Below are positions 59,452 to 64,000 of a stretch of 64,000 nt of DNA, in pieces (the stretch's first letter is position 1; each line of letters begins with the position of its first letter). The stretch is from Bacteroidota bacterium (GTDB lineage: Bacteria; Bacteroidota; Bacteroidia; Bacteroidales; VadinHA17). The DNA lies in assembly GCA_022709665.1 (NCBI GenBank), contig JAKLIJ010000001.1, positions 2,131 to 66,130 on the forward strand, read 5' to 3'. A program made the translations under genes and the position numbers. The notes beneath the pieces were generated by a model. It did not search any database, was not told the origin of the DNA, and was given only the letters and a program-made list of their open reading frames with translations.

Positions 59452-61107
59452 ATGACAGGAAAGAAGCTTATTGCAGTTTTGGTGGTTTTATCGGGTTTTC
59501 TGAGGGTGACGGGCCAGGGGGCATATCTTCCCCCCGACAAACCGTCGCTTATAATAGGAATTGTTGTCGAACAGCTGAGGTTCGATCAGATAGAAAGGTT
59601 GAGGGACAAGTTTTCTGAAAACGGGATCAAGAGGATGATAAATGAAGGCACCTTCTTCAGGAATGCTGCCTATGACTACATGCTCACCCAGTCGGCCCCC
59701 GGTTTTTCAACGATTGCCACCGGAACCGAACCCGCATATCATGGCATTACTTCAGATAACTGGTATGTTCCGCTTAAAAATGAGTTTATTTACTGTACCA
59801 GGGATATAAGTGTCAATCCCGTCGGAGGCAGCTACGAGTCGGGGCTCCATTCCCCCTTGAACCTGAATGCATCTACTTTTGCAGATGAACTCAAGACAGC
59901 CACAGGGAAAATATCGAAGGTTTTCTCGGTGGGAGTGAAGGAGCAATCGGCCATTCTAACTGCCGGCCATTCTGCCGACGGCGTGTTCTGGTACGACAAT
60001 ACAACGGGAGGGTGGATGTCGTCGACATATTACATGGCTTCGCTTCCCTCGTGGGTAAACGATTTCAATGCCATGAAACGCCAGGAAACCTGGCTCAACT
60101 CTTCATGGACTCTGTTATTGGATCAACAGGCTTATTCAGCATGCCTGCCTGATTCCAACAAGTTCGAGAAAGGATTCAACGGATTGAACTACTTTCCCTA
60201 TGACCTTAACAAACTGAGCAAGCCGGCCGGAAGGAATGCAGCCCGGAATAATGCCTTCCTCAGGGAGACACCGTTTGCAGACGCCCTTACTACTGATTTT
60301 GCGATAAAGCTGATAGAGAAGGAGGAACTTGGGAAGGACGATGTTCCCGATTTCCTTTCAATAAGTTATTCATCGACTGATTACATCGGTCACAGGTTCG
60401 GGCCTTCTTCTGTTGAGACTGCCGATGCAATCCTGAGGCTTGACAGAAACATTGAGTCTCTTCTGAATTATCTGAATGACAATCTGGGCAAAAGGAATGT
60501 TCTTGTCTATTTCACTTCGGCCCATGGTGTTGCGGAGGTTCCTGCGGTAATGGCCGATAACAGGGTCCCATCGGGGTATTTCAGGCAGAACCAGGCTCTC
60601 CAGCTTCTGAGAAGTTATCTGAACGCAGTTTACGGAGAAGGTGATTGGGTAAGAGGCTTTTCTGAAAAGCAGATATTTCTGAACAGGACTCTGATAGAAG
60701 ATGCAAGAATGCAGATCGAGGACGTACAGAAAAAGACAGCAAGGTTCCTCACCCAGTTCACGGGTGTGGCATCAGCTTATCCCTATTATGCCTTTGAAGC
60801 CAACGACTTCGGTAACGGGCACCTTAAAAGAATAATAAACAACTTCAGCGCCCAGCGTTCGGGCGATGTGATTGTTACGCTTCAGCCCGGCTGGGTGGAA
60901 ATTGACGACGATCATCTGACCGGCCATAACTCACCTTATGAATATGATTGTCATGTTCCGCTGATCTGGTACGGCTGGACGGTAAACAGATCGACTGTGA
61001 TGAGAAAGGTCAACCTGACTGATGTTGCAGCTACTCTATCCTCGCTGTGCAGGATACCCTATCCCAACGCCTGCACCGGAGAGCCCATGCCTGAACTGTT
61101 CAGATAG
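59452..61107 (+). CDS. Alkaline-phosphatase-superfamily phosphatase/phosphodiesterase (PafA-like)
   Basis: ATG at 59452 (the track starts at GTG 59440), with a signal peptide. The N-terminal ..LIIGIVVEQLRFDQ.. resembles the PafA/NPP metal-site strand, with ..ISYSSTDYIGHRFGP.. and ..GHNSPYEYD.HVPL.. metal ligands. The PafA assignment is from memory. Confidence 0.7.
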   Translation: MTGKKLIAVLVVLSGFLRVTGQGAYLPPDKPSLIIGIVVEQLRFDQIERLRDKFSENGIKRMINEGTFFRNAAYDYMLTQSAPGFSTIATGTEPAYHGITSDNWYVPLKNEFIYCTRDISVNPVGGSYESGLHSPLNLNASTFADELKTATGKISKVFSVGVKEQSAILTAGHSADGVFWYDNTTGGWMSSTYYMASLPSWVNDFNAMKRQETWLNSSWTLLLDQQAYSACLPDSNKFEKGFNGLNYFPYDLNKLSKPAGRNAARNNAFLRETPFADALTTDFAIKLIEKEELGKDDVPDFLSISYSSTDYIGHRFGPSSVETADAILRLDRNIESLLNYLNDNLGKRNVLVYFTSAHGVAEVPAVMADNRVPSGYFRQNQALQLLRSYLNAVYGEGDWVRGFSEKQIFLNRTLIEDARMQIEDVQKKTARFLTQFTGVASAYPYYAFEANDFGNGHLKRIINNFSAQRSGDVIVTLQPGWVEIDDDHLTGHNSPYEYDCHVPLIWYGWTVNRSTVMRKVNLTDVAATLSSLCRIPYPNACTGEPMPELFR

Positions 61108-61828
61108 CTTGCCTGGCGGAATCTCTTTCGGCGCATGCTTCCTCAAGCAGGCCGGGATTTTTTTCACATCCGTTCCCCAGAATTACCAGGTTGGCTCCGG
61201 CTTTGAAGGCAGCGGCAATTTCTCCACGTGTTTTTATTCCGCCTCCGACCGCTATGGGCACTGATACATTTTCCCTGACTGCGGTTATTATCCCGGCAGG
61301 AACCGGATGAAAGGCGCCGCTGCCGGCTTCGAGATAGATCATTTTCAGGCCGAGCATTTCCCCGGCCATGGCAGTGGCTACCACTAGTTCAGTCTTGTCG
61401 GAAGGAATGGCTTCCGTCTGACTGATATATTCCACAGATGTTTTCTTTCCGCATCCGACAAGTATATATCCCACTGAAATAAGCTTTTCCCTGGCATCCC
61501 TAAGGAAAGGAGAAGCTATTACATGATTTCCTATGAGAAGCTCCGGATTCCTTCCTGATATCAATGAAAGAAGAAGGATGGCGTCGGCTTTAAGGCTGAG
61601 CTGGAGAAGGTTTCCCGGAAAAAGGACAACAGGTATCCTGCACTGGTTTTTTACCGACTCTATCAGGGTATCTATGCTGCTGAAGGTAAGACTTCCTCCG
61701 ACCAGAATATAGTCTGTGCCGGATCCGGATGCTATCTGAAGTATCCTTTTAAGGTCTTTTCCGGAAGTCTTGTCGGGATCGAGAAGAAGGGCTATACTCT
61801 TCTTCCCCGGGAAATCATCCTTTATCAT
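61100..61828 (-). CDS. Geranylgeranylglyceryl-phosphate synthase family (PcrB/GGGPS) prenyltransferase
   Basis: 242 aa, ..LLDPDK.., ..D.ILVGGS., ..PVVLFPGN., ..ISGRNPE.LIG., ..MIYLEAGSGA., ..VGGGI. These are GGGPS/PcrB family signatures. Confidence 0.85.
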   Translation of the reverse strand: MIKDDFPGKKSIALLLDPDKTSGKDLKRILQIASGSGTDYILVGGSLTFSSIDTLIESVKNQCRIPVVLFPGNLLQLSLKADAILLLSLISGRNPELLIGNHVIASPFLRDAREKLISVGYILVGCGKKTSVEYISQTEAIPSDKTELVVATAMAGEMLGLKMIYLEAGSGAFHPVPAGIITAVRENVSVPIAVGGGIKTRGEIAAAFKAGANLVILGNGCEKNPGLLEEACAERDSARQAI

Positions 61829-62462
61829 AATTCTTTTTGGTCCAGACTATTGTGTAATTATCATATCTAGTATAGAAGAGATCGAAGGTGTCATTAATCT
61901 TTTTTGTCTTCACACTTCCTCTTATCTCTCCCGATTCCTTCACATCGAAGGGTTCGATGGTAATATTCTTTTTAATGCTTATTCCTTCCTTGTCGCAGAT
62001 CTTGTAAATAGCTTCTTTTGCACACCAGTGAAGGTAGAGATGGTAAACCCGCCTTTCGGGTTCTCTTGTTATTTTTTCCTTCCTGTTAACGAATTTGAAG
62101 GCGATACGCCCGATGTTTGTGCTCATGTGTTCAAGGTCAATGCCAACTTTCTCATTGGAACTGAGCAGTATTGCAGTGAGTTTGTTGGAATGGGAGATAC
62201 TTATGAATCTTGATCCGTCGCTCAGGAAGGGCTTGTTGTTCTTGTTGTAAACTATCCTGGCATCCCTGCCCAGCAGCTCGGCCAGAAGGGCTCTGACACT
62301 CAGAAATTCAAGTTTTCTCGAAGTGCTCGAAAAAGCCTTGTATTTCTTTTTGTCAATAAGGTCGAGATCGACCATGCCGAGCAGGGTGTCGATGTCCTCC
62401 TCAATCTTCCATACACCCAGTATAGTGTACTCATTCAGGTAATGTTTAGAAATACATCCCAT
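61815..62462 (-). CDS. 4'-phosphopantetheinyl transferase (Sfp-type)
   Basis: 215 aa, ..ISISHS....A.., ..VGIDLE.M.., ..WCAKEAIYK. These are PPTase motifs 2 and 3. Its 3' end overlaps the GGGPS-family start by 14 nt. Confidence 0.8.
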   Translation of the reverse strand: MGCISKHYLNEYTILGVWKIEEDIDTLLGMVDLDLIDKKKYKAFSSTSRKLEFLSVRALLAELLGRDARIVYNKNNKPFLSDGSRFISISHSNKLTAILLSSNEKVGIDLEHMSTNIGRIAFKFVNRKEKITREPERRVYHLYLHWCAKEAIYKICDKEGISIKKNITIEPFDVKESGEIRGSVKTKKINDTFDLFYTRYDNYTIVWTKKNYDKG

Positions 62463-62477
62463 CAGTTGTCCGAGAGT

Positions 62478-63092
62478 TTACTTCCTTTTCCATTCCAGGG
62501 TTTCAATCAGATGCACTACATCTTCCCTGAAAAAATCAATTACAGGGGCCAGCGAATCGGCATTCGGTTCGGATTCAAAATAAAGCGAACCCCTGAGATA
62601 GTGTTCGGCGCTGTCAGTTACATAAAACTGAACAGCGGTTGCCGTATTGCCTTTAAGGTCGTAAAATATGCCGAAGATCCTTTTTTCCGGGTCAATAATG
62701 ACCTGCTCGTTTATCGCATCTGCTTTTGTTATATGGTTTTTGACGTTCATGGTGTAAGTCTGTTCGACAAGTTCTTCAAGATCACCGCGAACATCCTTGT
62801 ATGTAAGGTGAAGGCTTGCCCTGTATCCCGGAAATTCTATGTTGAACCAGCCCTGCTCGGGGTTTCCGGAATTGGTCGAAATGACACCGTACTTCGGGTA
62901 TTCGAATTTTAATGGCAGCTTCAGGCTGTCATCCATCCCGCTGAATACGACGTATCCTTTGGCAGGAAGATCGATCCTGAAATAAGCTCTTGGTTTTGGA
63001 ACAGGAGCTTTTCTGCATCCGGAAAGTCCTGAAACCACTGTAAGTATAAGAAAAAGAACTATCCTACTCTTTATTTGTCCTGGCATGATCAT
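62478..63092 (-). CDS. gldD: Gliding motility lipoprotein GldD
   Basis: 204 aa with a lipoprotein signal (..VSGLSGC). PKPRAYFRIDLP.KGY.. is typical of GldD, and it sits immediately downstream of gldE as in Flavobacterium. Confidence 0.8.
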   Translation of the reverse strand: MIMPGQIKSRIVLFLILTVVSGLSGCRKAPVPKPRAYFRIDLPAKGYVVFSGMDDSLKLPLKFEYPKYGVISTNSGNPEQGWFNIEFPGYRASLHLTYKDVRGDLEELVEQTYTMNVKNHITKADAINEQVIIDPEKRIFGIFYDLKGNTATAVQFYVTDSAEHYLRGSLYFESEPNADSLAPVIDFFREDVVHLIETLEWKRK

Positions 63093-64000
63093 CAGTTATT
63101 TTAACACGGATCTCCTTAATCCTTCTCTTGTCGGCCGACTCTATCCTGAATTCAAAGTTCCCGTAATTAACTACCTGCCCCTTCTGGGGGATTTCTCCCG
63201 TGAGCTCGAGAATCAATCCGGCAAGTGTTTCGGATTCTCCGCGTACATCCTTGAAAGGATCATCCCCTACATTTATTATCTTGAAAAAATCGTTCAGAAG
63301 GATTTTCCCCTCACAAACATAGGTTGTTTCATCTATCTGCCTGAACATTGTTTCATCTTCATCGCTTTCGTCGGTGATCTCACCCACTATCTCCTCCAAA
63401 ACATCCTCCAGGGTTATTATCCCCGATGTGCCTCCGTATTCGTCGATAACAACCGCCATGTGAATTTTTCTCTTCTGGAATTCCTTGAGAAGTTCGTTGA
63501 TCTTTTTTGTTTCGGGCACAAAATGCACCGGCCTCATTAGCGATTGCCACCTGAAAGAATCAGGATTGTTTATGTAAGGCAGAATATCCTTGGCGTAGAG
63601 TATGCCGCTTACAGAGTCGAACGATCCCGAATACACGGGGATCCTTGAGAAACCTGATTCGATGATGGTCGACTTTAATCTGCCGAATCCCGATTTGATG
63701 TTGATTGCCGTCACATCTATTCTCGGGCACATTATCTCGCTGACGTTAATATTGCCGAAATTGACAATGCCCTTAAGTATCTTCTCATCCTCTTTTATCT
63801 CGTCCGGTGAAAGCTCCAGAGCTTCAGAAAGGTCTCCCATGTTTATGTTGGTCTGCCTGTGCGCTGCTCTTTTTTTGACATAGGAGGAGAAGTTAAGAAC
63901 TGAGGTCACAGGGCTCAGGAACTTCATGAGGAAAGAAAGCGGTAAGGCTATGAAAAGAGAAATGGACAGGTGCTTTCTGGTCGCGAAAAACAGAGGTATG
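63064..64000 (-). CDS. gldE: Gliding-motility-associated protein GldE (CBS-pair + CorC/HlyC domains), 3' part; N-terminus outside window
   Basis: The frame stays open from 63927 to the window end (hand translation upstream: ..IPLFFATRKHLSISLFIALPLSFLMKF..). It has a CBS pair (..V.EIM.PR.D......) and a C-terminal transporter-associated domain (..F.....D.RRI..I.V.). The gldE-gldD arrangement supports the call. Confidence 0.8.
   Translation of the reverse strand, partial: IPLFFATRKHLSISLFIALPLSFLMKFLSPVTSVLNFSSYVKKRAAHRQTNINMGDLSEALELSPDEIKEDEKILKGIVNFGNINVSEIMCPRIDVTAINIKSGFGRLKSTIIESGFSRIPVYSGSFDSVSGILYAKDILPYINNPDSFRWQSLMRPVHFVPETKKINELLKEFQKRKIHMAVVIDEYGGTSGIITLEDVLEEIVGEITDESDEDETMFRQIDETTYVCEGKILLNDFFKIINVGDDPFKDVRGESETLAGLILELTGEIPQKGQVVNYGNFEFRIESADKRRIKEIRVKITDDHARTNKE

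Overview
This is a 64-kb chromosomal segment of a Bacteroidetes-type genome. The assignment rests on a SusC/SusD pair, T9SS C-terminal sorting domains, gldD/gldE, TAnnTTTG-type promoters, and the lack of Shine-Dalgarno-dependent spacing. Gene density is high, with about 70 CDS. Contents, left to right: (1) the tail of a BNR/Asp-box protein, a secreted amidohydrolase and a SusD/SusC pair; (2) thiamine diphosphokinase, a polytopic LuxR-HTH protein and hypothetical membrane/secreted proteins; (3) a UvrD/PcrA-type helicase; (4) a PKD/T9SS type-B surface protein; (5) a D-Thr-aldolase/D-Ser-dehydratase-like PLP enzyme with RidA, plus PhzF; (6) a TetR + TolC + adaptor + RND pump + small P-II-like protein operon; (7) a TorF-like porin; (8) a divergent EF-G paralog; (9) the complete str-S10-spc-alpha ribosomal supercluster (rpsL to rplQ, 28.5-46.2 kb, including secY, map, infA, rpoA, and rpmD and rpmJ, which are too short for the ORF track); (10) eno; (11) an 857-nt gene-free gap; (12) a UbiD-family decarboxylase, a hybrid histidine kinase, three hypothetical exported/membrane proteins, PPK2, hisS, ychF, an M14 carboxypeptidase with a T9SS tail, a PafA-like phosphatase, a GGGP-synthase-family gene, a PPTase, gldD and the 3' part of gldE. 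I found no tRNA, rRNA, CRISPR array, transposase, integrase or recognisable defence system. I do not see a convincing novel multi-gene system; most of the window is core housekeeping. The leads worth a second look are: (a) a promoter-to-terminator bounded, hairpin-rich ~0.5-kb non-coding region between eno and the UbiD gene that lacks the RNase P, tmRNA and SRP signature motifs I checked by eye; (b) a family of intergenic bipartite short-tandem-repeat arrays present at two loci in opposite orientation, with unit lengths differing by exactly 1 nt; (c) an exactly 11-bp-phased RATAT array; (d) an EF-G paralog lacking the catalytic His and the NKxD Lys, sitting divergently next to rpsL; (e) a hybrid kinase with an apparently degenerate ATP-binding domain; (f) a secreted protein with a Tyr/Pro/Ser low-complexity insert. 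All family assignments come from motif recognition by eye. No database search was run.
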